Assembly: GCA_963737155.1 (NCBI GenBank)
Contig: CAVTRN010000001.1
Coordinates: forward strand, 960,001-1,024,000
Reading direction: 5' to 3'
Length of the DNA: 64,000 nt
From: Nitrospirota bacterium
GTDB lineage: Bacteria; Nitrospirota; UBA9217
Made by a program: the position numbers and the translations under genes. Positions 50,219 through 60,223 of the stretch are shown piece by piece; within the stretch, counting starts at the first letter, position 1; every line of letters begins with the position of its first letter. The notes under the pieces are model-generated. The model was not told the origin of the DNA. It made no database searches and worked only from the letters and a program-made list of their open reading frames with translations.

Positions 50219-52192
50219 GTGAAAAAAATAACACCGCTTCTGCTCCTGATGGGGCTTGTGTGTGTGCCGGCGTCCTATGCCGGAAACAGAATGGTGTTTG
50301 CACAGGCAACCTCTGGTACAGAAACGGCCGCTCCGGTAATAACAGGGCCGACGGAAACGGCCGCTCCGATAATAACAGGGCCGACGGAAACGGCCGCTCC
50401 GGTAACAACAAGACCGACACTGACGGCCGCTCCGGCTGCAGCCTCGTCCCCTTCTGAGCAGGCCGCTTCCAAGAAGGTCAGGGCCAGCGACGATTATGTA
50501 ACCCTCAATTTTACGAATATTGATATCAGCGCCCTCGTGAAGGTTATGAGCGAACTGTTGCGCCGTAACTTTCTCCTCGACGACCGCGTGACCGGCAAGG
50601 TCACCATCATGACACCCATGAAGATCTCGCCGGATGAAGCATACCAGGTATTTCTCTCGGCGCTTGAGATCAGGGGATTTGCCGCTGTTGATGAGGACGG
50701 CATGGTCACTCGCATCATACCCTTGGCCACTGCTCGCCAGAGCGGGCTTAAAGTCCTTGAGAACGGGAACACCTACGGTGAAGGTTTTGTTACGGAACTG
50801 ATCCGATTAAACTTCATCAACCCCCAGGAAATCGTCCGCACGATTACTCCCCTTATCTCAAAAGACGGGTCCGTCATCGCATATACCCCGACCAGTTCGA
50901 TCATTCTCACCGATTCTATGTCCAATATCAGAAAGATCGACAGCCTGGTTCATGCGATGGATGTGGCCGCGCCGGAAGGCAAGGGGAAAATCAATGTTTA
51001 TTACCTTAAAAACGCAAATGCCGAGGACACCGCCAAACTGATGCAGGCCCTTGTCGCGCATTTGCCTGTGCCTCCTCCTCCCGGATCGCCGCAGGCTGCC
51101 GCCAGCCCCGCCACGATGCTCGAGGGGGCCGTCACCATCGCCGCTGACAAATCCACCAATTCCCTTATCATCGTCGGCACGCCGACCGATTTTAATACCA
51201 TGAAGGACGTGATCCAGAAACTCGACATCAGACGCCGCCAGGTCTTTGTCGAGGTCGCGATCATCGAAATGAGCCTGACGAAGGTGCGCAGTCTTGGGTT
51301 CGAGTTTCAGGATGCGAACCGTAACAATCTTTCAAGCAGCAACAGTCTAGGTGTGATAGGCGGGACGAACTTCGGCAATATCGGGCCCGCCATCGTGAGC
51401 GGACCGTCCGCCCTGGCGGCGTTGAGTGGCCTTGCCGTCGGAGCCGTCAAGGGCACGTTTACCTATAACGGCGTGACGTACCTGGATGTCGGCGCACTCA
51501 TCACTGCGCTCCAGACCGACAGTGACGTGAACGTGCTTTCGACACCGAACATCCTCACTATGGACAACCAGAAAGCCGAGATCATGGTGGGCGAGAACGT
51601 TCCTTTTATTACGGGTTCGACGCAGAATGCGACGACCGGCAGCACGGCCGTGTTCAACACGATCACACGGCAGGACGTAGGAATCAAGCTGACGTTGACG
51701 CCGCAGATTTCCTCCGAAGACAGCGTCCGGCTCGAAGTCAATCAGGAAATCTCAGATGTGATCGCGACCACCACGGCGAACCCCGCGGGTCCGACAACCG
51801 ACAAACGTTCGGCGAGTACCACGGTTGTCGTCAAGGATCGCCAGACTATGGTCATCGGCGGACTGATCACCGACAACGTTACTACATCCACGTCGAAAGT
51901 GCCGCTCCTCGGCGATATCCCCCTCTTGGGCTGGCTTTTCAAGTCGTCACAAACCAATGTAGAAAAAGATGACCTTATGATCTTCATCACGCCATACATC
52001 ATCACGAATGAGGGTGAGGCACGTGAACTTACGAAACAGAGGAGCGGATCTCTGGAGCATTTCCGCACGAAATACCGCATCGAAAAAAAGGAGGAGCCGC
52101 AGGCCAATCCAGCGCAAGAGCTGAAAACCGAGTCTACATCCACAACCCAGCCCCCGTCAGGCGCCGTGACTCCGAAGGAAGATGCGCGATGA
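50219..52192 (+). CDS. gspD: T2SS secretin
   Basis: VTLNF, GKVTI, ADKSTNSL, LDIRRRQVFVE, KVPLLGDIPLLGWLF, LMIFITP. Confidence 0.95.
   Translation: MKKITPLLLLMGLVCVPASYAGNRMVFAQATSGTETAAPVITGPTETAAPIITGPTETAAPVTTRPTLTAAPAAASSPSEQAASKKVRASDDYVTLNFTNIDISALVKVMSELLRRNFLLDDRVTGKVTIMTPMKISPDEAYQVFLSALEIRGFAAVDEDGMVTRIIPLATARQSGLKVLENGNTYGEGFVTELIRLNFINPQEIVRTITPLISKDGSVIAYTPTSSIILTDSMSNIRKIDSLVHAMDVAAPEGKGKINVYYLKNANAEDTAKLMQALVAHLPVPPPPGSPQAAASPATMLEGAVTIAADKSTNSLIIVGTPTDFNTMKDVIQKLDIRRRQVFVEVAIIEMSLTKVRSLGFEFQDANRNNLSSSNSLGVIGGTNFGNIGPAIVSGPSALAALSGLAVGAVKGTFTYNGVTYLDVGALITALQTDSDVNVLSTPNILTMDNQKAEIMVGENVPFITGSTQNATTGSTAVFNTITRQDVGIKLTLTPQISSEDSVRLEVNQEISDVIATTTANPAGPTTDKRSASTTVVVKDRQTMVIGGLITDNVTTSTSKVPLLGDIPLLGWLFKSSQTNVEKDDLMIFITPYIITNEGEARELTKQRSGSLEHFRTKYRIEKKEEPQANPAQELKTESTSTTQPPSGAVTPKEDAR
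50321..50434 (+). repeat. 33-bp coding tandem repeat (~3.5 copies) in gspD
   Basis: GAAACGGCCGCTCCGGTAATAACAGGGCCGACG encoding ETAAPVITGPT. Confidence 0.95.
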
Positions 52193-53874
52193 AACCTCTG
52201 CTCGGCGAGATCCTTGTTGAGGCCGGGCTTTCACCGGAGAGGCTGAAGAAGGCGCTTGACCTCCAGAAGAAAAGGGGTGGCCGGATCGGCACCCTCCTGA
52301 TTCGCCTCAGCTTCTCGACTGAGGAGGACGTCCTGAAGGCCCTCGGCGTTCAACTGAACCTGCCGTTCCAGGCCGAGCTCGGAGACATCGACCGGGAACT
52401 GGCGCTCAAGCTGCCGATTACCTATGCTAAGAAGGCCGTGGTCATTCCGCTCCGGCGTGACAACGGAGCCGTCTTTGCGGCCACTTCGGAACCCCTCAAC
52501 CTTTCGACGATCGATGACCTCTCGGCTCTCCTGGGAGCAGACATCTCACTCTGCCTTGCGCCTTCCGATAGTATCCTGGATGCCATCAACCGTATCTACA
52601 GCGAGGACATGAACCGCGCCGAGGACACGGCCCAGGAGATGGAAGAGGAAGACCTGTCGTTCCTTGCTGCGGAACTCGACGAGCCCACGGACCTGCTTGA
52701 GGCCACCGATGACGCGCCGATCATCCGCCTGGTGAACTCCCTCCTGTCTCAGGCCATCCGCGAGCGGGCAAGCGATATTCACATCGAGCCCTTTGAAAAG
52801 GAAATGATCGCACGGTTCCGGATAGACGGGATCCTGTACAATATTCTCACGATCCAGAAGCGTTTCCAGGCCAGCGTCGCGTCGCGCGTCAAGATCATGT
52901 CGGGCTTGAACATCGCTGAGAAGCGTCTTCCGCAGGATGGCGGAATGCGCATCAAGATAGGCGGAAAGGACGTCGATATCCGCGTATCCATAGTGCCCAC
53001 CGCTTTCGGCGAGCGAATCGTGCTGCGGCTCCTGTACCGCGAAAGCGCCCTCCTACCGCTTGACCAGATCGGGTTTACGGGAGACACGCTGACCCGATTT
53101 AACGAATTCATCGAGCGTCCCCATGGAATCATCCTGGTGACGGGCCCGACAGGCAGCGGGAAAACCACAACACTTTACGCGGCGCTCTCGAAGATCAATT
53201 CGCCGGATAAGAACATTATCACGATCGAAGACCCAATCGAATATCAGCTGAAGGGCATCGGCCAGATTCAGGTGAACGCCAAGATACAACTGACTTTTGC
53301 AGCCGGGCTTCGCTCCGTTCTCCGACAGGATCCGGATGTGATTCTTGTGGGAGAAATCCGCGATGGAGAGACTGCCGAGATCGCGATCCAGGCGGCGCTT
53401 ACGGGCCACCTCGTATTCTCAACGCTACATACCAACGACGCTGCCGGCGCCGTGACGCGATTGCTCGACATGAAGATCGAACCGTTCCTCATCTCGTCAT
53501 CGGTCATTGGGATCCTCGCCCAACGGCTTGTGCGCGTGCTCTGCAAAGTGTGCCGGGAGCCGTATCGGATTACGCCCGCCGAGATAGCGGAGCTTGAGCT
53601 GAAAGCTGGCGCAGAGGGAGCAACCGTGTACCGGGCAAAGGGCTGCGGGGCCTGCTTTAACACAGGCTACCTCGGCAGGAGCGCGATTTACGAACTAATG
53701 AACGTTGACGACGAAATCCGACAGCTCATCATGAAAGATACCGATGCCGCCACGATGAAAGTCATGGCCATGGAAAGAGGCATGCGCACCCTCCGTCAGG
53801 ACGGCGCCGCGCGCGTGCTGGACGGCATTACGTCCATCGATGAAGTGGTGAGGGTGACGCAGAAAGAAGCATAG
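52189..53874 (+). CDS. gspE: T2SS ATPase with N-terminal MshEN-like domain
   Basis: LLGEIL...RIGTLL, ASDIHIEP, GPTGSGKTT, RQDPD, tetra-Cys motif. Confidence 0.96.
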   Translation: MKPLLGEILVEAGLSPERLKKALDLQKKRGGRIGTLLIRLSFSTEEDVLKALGVQLNLPFQAELGDIDRELALKLPITYAKKAVVIPLRRDNGAVFAATSEPLNLSTIDDLSALLGADISLCLAPSDSILDAINRIYSEDMNRAEDTAQEMEEEDLSFLAAELDEPTDLLEATDDAPIIRLVNSLLSQAIRERASDIHIEPFEKEMIARFRIDGILYNILTIQKRFQASVASRVKIMSGLNIAEKRLPQDGGMRIKIGGKDVDIRVSIVPTAFGERIVLRLLYRESALLPLDQIGFTGDTLTRFNEFIERPHGIILVTGPTGSGKTTTLYAALSKINSPDKNIITIEDPIEYQLKGIGQIQVNAKIQLTFAAGLRSVLRQDPDVILVGEIRDGETAEIAIQAALTGHLVFSTLHTNDAAGAVTRLLDMKIEPFLISSSVIGILAQRLVRVLCKVCREPYRITPAEIAELELKAGAEGATVYRAKGCGACFNTGYLGRSAIYELMNVDDEIRQLIMKDTDAATMKVMAMERGMRTLRQDGAARVLDGITSIDEVVRVTQKEA

Positions 53875-53942
53875 TTTTGAGTTCAGGGTAGGAAGGGTCA
53901 TTCTATAGTTTGCACCATGAACTCTGAACTGGTATTGTACTC

Positions 53943-55163
53943 ATGCCTGTATTCGAATATAAAGGTGTTACCGCGAAGGGGAAAAAGGTATCCGGTGTCC
54001 AGGACGGCGAGAGCCTGAAGATTGTCAGGGGCAGGCTGAAAAAGGAAGGCGTCGTCGTTCTCGACATACGCGAAGGCGCATCGCTCCGGTCCGCTCGACG
54101 AGGGACGACGTCCCTCACCTTTGCAAGGCGGGTGAAGCTGACCGACCTCGCGAATGCCACGCGCCAACTGGCCACGCTCCTTTCGGCCGGTTTGCCTCTC
54201 ATGGAATCGCTGGCAGTACTCGTGGACCAGGAGGAAAACGATGGCCTCAAGGGGGCCCTGTCGACGGTGCGCGACGCGGTGCGCGAGGGCGCCTCGCTGG
54301 CTGACGCGCTCAAGGAAAACCCCAAGGTCTTTTCACAGCTCTACATGAACATGGTCTCTGCCGGCGAAGCGAGCGGGACACTGGAAATCACCTTGGAACG
54401 GCTCGCGGACTTTCTGGACGAACAAGTCAGGTTTCGCGGCAGACTTTCGGCAGCCCTTGCCTACCCCGCGTTCATGACCGTCATTGGTATCAGCATGCTT
54501 TTCTTCATCTTCAGCTTCGTCATGCCCCGCGTGGTGGGAATGTTCGAGGACATGAAGCAGCAGCTCCCGCTCATGACAGTGATTCTTCTGGCAACGGTGC
54601 GGTTTCTCTCCTCATACTGGTGGGCGATCCTCCTCGCCATCGGGGGGGCAGCCTATTATATCAGGCGGTATCTGAGTACATCGGTGGGAAAGGAAACATT
54701 CGATGCCCGGATCCTCAAACTGCCGGTTTTCGGCACCCTGATCCGGATGATCGCCGTGTCGCGATTCACGCGCACGCTTGGAACGCTGCTCCAGAGCGGA
54801 GTGCCTACACTTGCGGCGCTGGACATCGTGAAGAGCGTCGTGGGAAATACGGTGCTGGCTAACGCGATCCAGCAGGCGCGGGAGAATGTGCGGGAAGGCG
54901 AACCCATTGCCGATCCTCTCCGCAGGAGCGGCCTCTTCCCGCCGGTGGTCGTGCAGATGGTCGCCGTGGGTGAGAAGAGCGGAGAGCTGGAGAAGATGCT
55001 GCTCAAAATCTCCGATTCCTTTGACCAGACTATCGATACACGCATCACGGGGCTGATGGCGCTTTTAGAGCCGGTCATCATCTTGGCCATGGGGCTGACC
55101 ATTGGGTTTATCGTCATTGCCATCATGCTGCCTATGCTTCAGATGAGCTCGGGTGTGCAGTGA
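53943..55163 (+). CDS. gspF: T2SS inner-membrane platform protein
   Basis: RQLATLL.AG, AGEASG, ALAYP, VGEKSG, LLEP. Confidence 0.96.
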   Translation: MPVFEYKGVTAKGKKVSGVQDGESLKIVRGRLKKEGVVVLDIREGASLRSARRGTTSLTFARRVKLTDLANATRQLATLLSAGLPLMESLAVLVDQEENDGLKGALSTVRDAVREGASLADALKENPKVFSQLYMNMVSAGEASGTLEITLERLADFLDEQVRFRGRLSAALAYPAFMTVIGISMLFFIFSFVMPRVVGMFEDMKQQLPLMTVILLATVRFLSSYWWAILLAIGGAAYYIRRYLSTSVGKETFDARILKLPVFGTLIRMIAVSRFTRTLGTLLQSGVPTLAALDIVKSVVGNTVLANAIQQARENVREGEPIADPLRRSGLFPPVVVQMVAVGEKSGELEKMLLKISDSFDQTIDTRITGLMALLEPVIILAMGLTIGFIVIAIMLPMLQMSSGVQ

Positions 55164-55236
55164 GAAAAACAGGTCGAGGTTCAAGTAGCAAGCAGTAAAT
55201 GAAAAGATTAACTCTTGGATATAAAGGAGTGTTCCA

Positions 55237-55677
55237 ATGAATAGGAAGAAGCAAAGGGGTTTTACTCTTATCGAAATCATGGTGGTGGTCATCATCCTAG
55301 GCCTGCTCGCGGCGCTGGTACTCCCAAAGTTCCTAGGACAGGAAGAAAAGGCGAAAATCCAGGTTGCCAAGACGCAGATTCGCGCACTTGAGGGTGGGCT
55401 GGATGCTTTTAAGCTCGACAATGGTTTCTATCCTACCACGGACCAGGGATTGGATGCGCTGATCACAAAGCCCATAGTAGGACAGATTCCCAACAACTGG
55501 AGAGACGGTGGCTATCTCCAGCCCGCCCGCATCCCGAAGGACCCCTGGGGACATGATTATGTCTATGTTTCTCCGGGAAGTGAAGGAAGGGAATACGAGA
55601 TTACCTCCTACGGCGCTGACGGCGAGCCTGGTGGTGAGGGCAACAACGCCGATATCAACAGCTGGAATTTGCAGTAA
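55237..55677 (+). CDS. gspG: T2SS major pseudopilin
   Basis: GFTLIEIMVV, YPTTDQGL, DPWG, GADG...DI. Confidence 0.96.
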   Translation: MNRKKQRGFTLIEIMVVVIILGLLAALVLPKFLGQEEKAKIQVAKTQIRALEGGLDAFKLDNGFYPTTDQGLDALITKPIVGQIPNNWRDGGYLQPARIPKDPWGHDYVYVSPGSEGREYEITSYGADGEPGGEGNNADINSWNLQ

Positions 55678-55706
55678 CCATTATGCCTCAAGGGGCAAGT
55701 GAAATT

Positions 55707-56279
55707 ATGCGGAAACATAATTCCGCGAAGGGCTTTACGCTTATCGAGCTAATGATCATTATTGCACTCCTCGGCGTCATGCTTACGCTGATTATCCCCC
55801 GGCTCGGCGAGATCGGCGAAGCGAACCTGAAGCGGAGTGCTAGACATTTGACTGGTACGATCCGCTACCTGCGCGATGAATCGCAGGCGCGGAAGGAAGT
55901 TTATCGACTTTGCTTTGATGTGCAGGGCGGGCGTTTCTGGACCGAGGTGATGAAGCTATCGACAGATCAGACGGAGTCCGTGGAGTTCACGCGTTTCCAA
56001 TCAGAAGTTGGAACAGAGGGGAGTTTGGCTGGCCAGACAACTTTCCGCGATGTTCAGGTTGCCGGACATCCCGACGATCCGTACATCCAATTCACGCCGG
56101 ACGGGTGGGTGGAGAATGCGGCCATTCATCTGCGGGATGGAGATGAAAGGGATTTTACCCTTTTTGTAAACCCGCTCATGGGCAGCACAGAACTCCGCGA
56201 CGGGTATTTGGAGAATCAGGAAGAGAACAAGGAAATTAGTCTTTTGAGTCTTACGAGTCGATGGAGTCTGAGGATTTGA
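55707..56279 (+). CDS. gspH: T2SS minor pseudopilin H
   Basis: KGFTLIEL prepilin site, F.PDG motif, position; start uncertain (55683 or 55707). Confidence 0.8.
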   Translation: MRKHNSAKGFTLIELMIIIALLGVMLTLIIPRLGEIGEANLKRSARHLTGTIRYLRDESQARKEVYRLCFDVQGGRFWTEVMKLSTDQTESVEFTRFQSEVGTEGSLAGQTTFRDVQVAGHPDDPYIQFTPDGWVENAAIHLRDGDERDFTLFVNPLMGSTELRDGYLENQEENKEISLLSLTSRWSLRI

Positions 56280-56659
56280 GAATTGATGAAGCAAGACAAC
56301 CCCTGAACCCAAAGGGGTTTACTCTCCTTGAAGTCATGGTCGCCGTGGCGATCATGGCAATGGTTCTCGTCACGCTTCTGGGACTCAAGAACAGCAGTAT
56401 GAAGGATGTCTTGCTGGCGAAGCATATCACGATAGCGACCATGCTTGCGAAGCGTATGATGGTGGAGAATACCGCGGCGGAGCCGGGTCTGTCTCCGGAG
56501 GACGAAGGCACGTTTCCCGAGGAGGAGTATAAAGACTATACCTGGAAAAAGACGTTAGTTCCCACACCCCTGCCCCAAATCATGGAAATGCATGTCGCTG
56601 TACTCTGGAAAGAGGGCACGCTCGATGAGACGGTGGAGATCGTGAGCTACGTTCTATGA
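56261..56659 (+). CDS. gspI: T2SS minor pseudopilin I
   Basis: KGFTLLEVMVAVAI; size and position. Confidence 0.82.
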   Translation: MESEDLRIDEARQPLNPKGFTLLEVMVAVAIMAMVLVTLLGLKNSSMKDVLLAKHITIATMLAKRMMVENTAAEPGLSPEDEGTFPEEEYKDYTWKKTLVPTPLPQIMEMHVAVLWKEGTLDETVEIVSYVL

Positions 56660-57393
56660 GTAACGCCGGGTCGGGAGAGGGCAAGGTTCAGGGGCCAGGA
56701 GGTGCGGAGGCTCCAAAATCGCCGGGATTCACCCTGCTTGAAGTGCTCATCGCCGTGACGATCATGGCACTGCTCGTTACGGTGATTTATACGAGCTTTT
56801 TTACGTCCGGCCGCAACGTGGAACAGGCCGAGGCGATTCGGAACGAGACGGATCTTGCCCGCACGCTGTTGGCGAAAATCTCCAGCGACATATCTGATGC
56901 CTATTTTAATTCGAGTATGAACGTGCCCGTAGTCACTACCATTTTTTACGGCGAGCAGGTGATATCTGATACGGCGATATCTAATACGGGACTAGATCAC
57001 AACCAGGCGATATCTGATACGGGACTAGATCATAACAGGTATGATGGCCTCTACCTGACGTCGCTGACGAATTGGCGAAAGCCGGATTCGCAAGAGACGG
57101 ACCTCTGGGAAGTGGGCTATTATTTCAAACAGAAACCGGACGGTTCCGGGTGGATCTTGATGCGGCGGGAAAAGCGGTTATTAAGCAACGATTCACCGGC
57201 GCTTGAAGGCGGGGTTGATTACGAGATGACCGACCGCGTCGCGAGCCTTCGGTTCCGCTATTTCGACGGGGCCTCATGGACTGATGGCGGATGGGACAGC
57301 AGGATTTCACAGAAACTGCCGAACACCGTTGAGATTACGCTGCTGTTCAATGACGGTTCGGTTTACATCACGCAGGTGGACGTTGGACGGTAA
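56656..57393 (+). CDS. gspJ: T2SS minor pseudopilin J
   Basis: GFTLLEVLIA, LMRRE, LRFRYFDG..W...WDS...LP. Confidence 0.85.
   Translation: MSNAGSGEGKVQGPGGAEAPKSPGFTLLEVLIAVTIMALLVTVIYTSFFTSGRNVEQAEAIRNETDLARTLLAKISSDISDAYFNSSMNVPVVTTIFYGEQVISDTAISNTGLDHNQAISDTGLDHNRYDGLYLTSLTNWRKPDSQETDLWEVGYYFKQKPDGSGWILMRREKRLLSNDSPALEGGVDYEMTDRVASLRFRYFDGASWTDGGWDSRISQKLPNTVEITLLFNDGSVYITQVDVGR
56959..57039 (+). repeat. in-frame 33-bp duplication in gspJ
   Basis: GCGATATCTAATACGGGACTAGATCACAACCAG then GCGATATCTGATACGGGACTAGATCATAACAGG, plus a partial 15-bp copy. Confidence 0.9.
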
Positions 57394-57397
57394 TAAA

Positions 57398-58291
57398 GTG
57401 CGGAGTGCGGAGCCAGAAGTCCAGCATATATATCGGAAGGTGCCTAACGAGCGCGGCGTCGCTTTGATCATCGTACTCTTGGTGACTGCCCTTCTGATCG
57501 CTCTTATTTTTGAATTTGCCTACGGTACGAGAATAAGCCTTCGTGCGGCCATCAATTATCGCGACAGCCAGCGCGCCTATTACTTGGCGCGATCAGGCGT
57601 GAACTTCGCGGGGGAATATCTTGCCTACAACCTTCTGAAGGATCCAGAGACCGGAGTAACTCATGAATATGACAACCTTGAAGAACGGGACTGGCAGACG
57701 GTCCCGTATATTCCGGGAAACGATACGCAACTTCGAATGCGGTGGGAGGATGAGTCCGGTAAGATCAATATTAGCAATGCGACAAAGGGAAGCGATGCTT
57801 ACAATCGGCTGGTAATTCTCTTCTCCAATCTCGGGATCGGTCAAGATATCCTCGACCAGATAAGCGAATGGATGATTGCAGAAAAGAGAAGCTTTTATCT
57901 TCTCTCGGAGCTTCACCAGTTCTTGAACGACAATGAATTCCGAAAGTTGCAGGATTATGTGACTGTTCTCCCTCCTTCAGCGACGCCGGGGAACAAGATC
58001 GATGTCAACACCGCGCCAGCCGCCGTACTCCAGAGCCTCGGTATGAGTACAAATGCGGCTGAATCGATTGTGGCGCAGAGAAGTGAGCAGCCTTTCAAAC
58101 CGACCGACGATCTCTCTCCCTTCATCGGTCAAAATAGCGCGGCAATAGCGGGCCAACTGTGCTTTACGAGCAACGTGTTCAGCGTAAATGCATACGCCAC
58201 CGTAGGTGGATACACAAAACAGGTCGATGCCATCATAACACGAGCAAGCGACGGTTCGGGATTTACGATACTTTACTGGAGAGCTTTGTGA
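57398..58291 (+). CDS. gspK: T2SS minor pseudopilin K
   Basis: RGVALIIVL, DESGKINI, IDVNTAP; start uncertain. Confidence 0.88.
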   Translation: MRSAEPEVQHIYRKVPNERGVALIIVLLVTALLIALIFEFAYGTRISLRAAINYRDSQRAYYLARSGVNFAGEYLAYNLLKDPETGVTHEYDNLEERDWQTVPYIPGNDTQLRMRWEDESGKINISNATKGSDAYNRLVILFSNLGIGQDILDQISEWMIAEKRSFYLLSELHQFLNDNEFRKLQDYVTVLPPSATPGNKIDVNTAPAAVLQSLGMSTNAAESIVAQRSEQPFKPTDDLSPFIGQNSAAIAGQLCFTSNVFSVNAYATVGGYTKQVDAIITRASDGSGFTILYWRAL

Positions 58292-59619
58292 AAATTGTGG
58301 GCTTGAAAATCGAAAAGGGAAGGATGGGCGTGTCGGTCATTGACCGGGGCATGCGTCAGACGGAGCTAAAAGACTCCTTCAGCCTTGCTTTTACTTCGGA
58401 CGCCGAACTCGCGGATATCCTGCGAGGGAAATCACCGGACTGGAGCGGTGCGCATATCGTGTCTTCCATCCCCGGCAGCCAGTTCAGCCAGCGGATGGTG
58501 TCACTCCCCTTCGGCGACAGAAAGCGTGTTGAAAAGGCTCTACCGTTCGAGTTGGAGGACAATATCCCCTATGCCCTTGACGACGTTGAAGTCGACCATC
58601 TGGCGCTGGAGCAGGAACAGACAGGAGGCGAGAAGAAGAAAGAGACATCAATCCTCGGCCTTATAATCCCCAAGACCGCGCTGCGGCAGCATCTTGACCT
58701 CCTTGCCTCTGTCGGCGTGGACCCGCAGGTTGTGGTCCCTTCCTACCTTGGACTCTTCAACGTCGCAAAAATGATACCGGTTGAAGGGGTCGCGGTCCTC
58801 GCCGAAGGGAGCGACCTTTGCTTAAAAGTCGGGAATGCGGTTATAGCGTGCAGGAGTTTCTCCCGTTCCCTGGCAACGGGCGGCATCAGGCATACTCTTA
58901 AAGCATTGGAGATTGAGCACCATGTGCAGATTGAAAGAGCATACCTTCTGTCTCCTGACGACGGTCTGTGGGCAAGTTTTGCAGATATAGGACTTGCGGT
59001 GGATGTGGTTGCCCCTGATTTTCGAGGCAAGAAAGCGGAAGATGCGGTCAGCCTGGGTCTGGCACTGAGCGAACAGGTCAATTTCCGCAAAGGCGAGTTC
59101 GGTTACAAACTGGAGGATGTGGGCAAGCGCAAGCGCAAGATCGTGCTCATTGCGGCCGGCATAATCGCAGCTGTTCTTGCCATTGCGAACACGAGCGTAA
59201 AATATTATATGGTGCAGTCCAGTTACGGGAAGCTGGACCGTGAAATAAGGGAGACTTATCGCCAGGCCCTGCCGAATGCGAAAACAGCCGCCGATCCTGT
59301 GCGTCAGCTTCGCATGAGCCTCGACGATGCACGGAAGAAATTCGGTGTCATCGGATCGGGCTCATCGGCTCTCGACGTGATGCTGGCAGTGACCGAAGGT
59401 ATTCCGAAGGAAGTGACGATCAGCTTTCAGGATTTCCTGCTCGAGGGAGACCAGTTGAAACTCGCGGGCGATGCGCCCTCCTTTGAGTCCCTTGATAAGA
59501 TGAAAGCGGAACTTCAGAAAGTCCCGTCCTTTGCCAATGTGCAGGTCCTGGACGCCCGGATGGGTGCGGACAATAAAGTTAAGTTCCGGCTTGAGATCAA
59601 ACTGAAACAGGCAATGTGA
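58288..59619 (+). CDS. gspL: T2SS protein L
   Basis: GTG start overlapping gspK stop; LPF...ALPFELE, NFRKGEF, single TM. Confidence 0.85.
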   Translation: MKIVGLKIEKGRMGVSVIDRGMRQTELKDSFSLAFTSDAELADILRGKSPDWSGAHIVSSIPGSQFSQRMVSLPFGDRKRVEKALPFELEDNIPYALDDVEVDHLALEQEQTGGEKKKETSILGLIIPKTALRQHLDLLASVGVDPQVVVPSYLGLFNVAKMIPVEGVAVLAEGSDLCLKVGNAVIACRSFSRSLATGGIRHTLKALEIEHHVQIERAYLLSPDDGLWASFADIGLAVDVVAPDFRGKKAEDAVSLGLALSEQVNFRKGEFGYKLEDVGKRKRKIVLIAAGIIAAVLAIANTSVKYYMVQSSYGKLDREIRETYRQALPNAKTAADPVRQLRMSLDDARKKFGVIGSGSSALDVMLAVTEGIPKEVTISFQDFLLEGDQLKLAGDAPSFESLDKMKAELQKVPSFANVQVLDARMGADNKVKFRLEIKLKQAM

Positions 59620-59713
59620 GAGGGAGGGGCAAGGGGCAAATAGAAAGGAGTGATCTCCTTGGCCCTGGTTCTCCGCAACTAGCTACTCACCATGGTTCTA
59701 TATGGGGTGACTC

Positions 59714-60214
59714 TTGAAACTTGAAAAACGAGATAAAAAAGTGCTTTTTTTCGGCGGGCTTGTAGCGGTGGCGATCGTGCTCTACGCTCTCGTCCTGTCC
59801 CCGCTTATGTCGGACCTATCACGCAAGCAAGAGCTGATCCCAAAGAAGGAAAAGGACCTCGTGGAAATAAAGGCTCTCAAGGCCCAATATCTTGAAATCC
59901 AACAGCAACTTCAGGCAGCCCAGGCCGCGGCAGCGAAGCGAGGTCCTCTGCTCACGGATATCGAGAACATCACAAAACGGACAAACATGAGCGGCAAAAT
60001 GGTGTCACTAAAGCCACAGCCGGACGTTCAAATAGAGAATTTTAAGGAAAGCATCGTTGAAATCAAGCTCGAGAACACAACTCTTTATGACCTCGTGAAT
60101 TACGTGTATCAGCTCGAAAAGGACACTTTGCGGATCAAGAAGCTTCAGTTCAAACCCCGCTACGACAACCCGAAGCTCCTAAACGCGACAATCCTCGCCG
60201 AAAGCGTTGAATAG
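59714..60214 (+). CDS. gspM: T2SS protein M
   Basis: LEKRDK plus TM and coiled coil; position after gspL. Confidence 0.8.
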   Translation: MKLEKRDKKVLFFGGLVAVAIVLYALVLSPLMSDLSRKQELIPKKEKDLVEIKALKAQYLEIQQQLQAAQAAAAKRGPLLTDIENITKRTNMSGKMVSLKPQPDVQIENFKESIVEIKLENTTLYDLVNYVYQLEKDTLRIKKLQFKPRYDNPKLLNATILAESVE

Positions 60215-60223
60215 GTTAAAGTC

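Noticed and set aside
50321-50434. CRISPR array
   Set aside because: Units are contiguous with no unique spacers, lie in frame in gspD, and no cas genes are present
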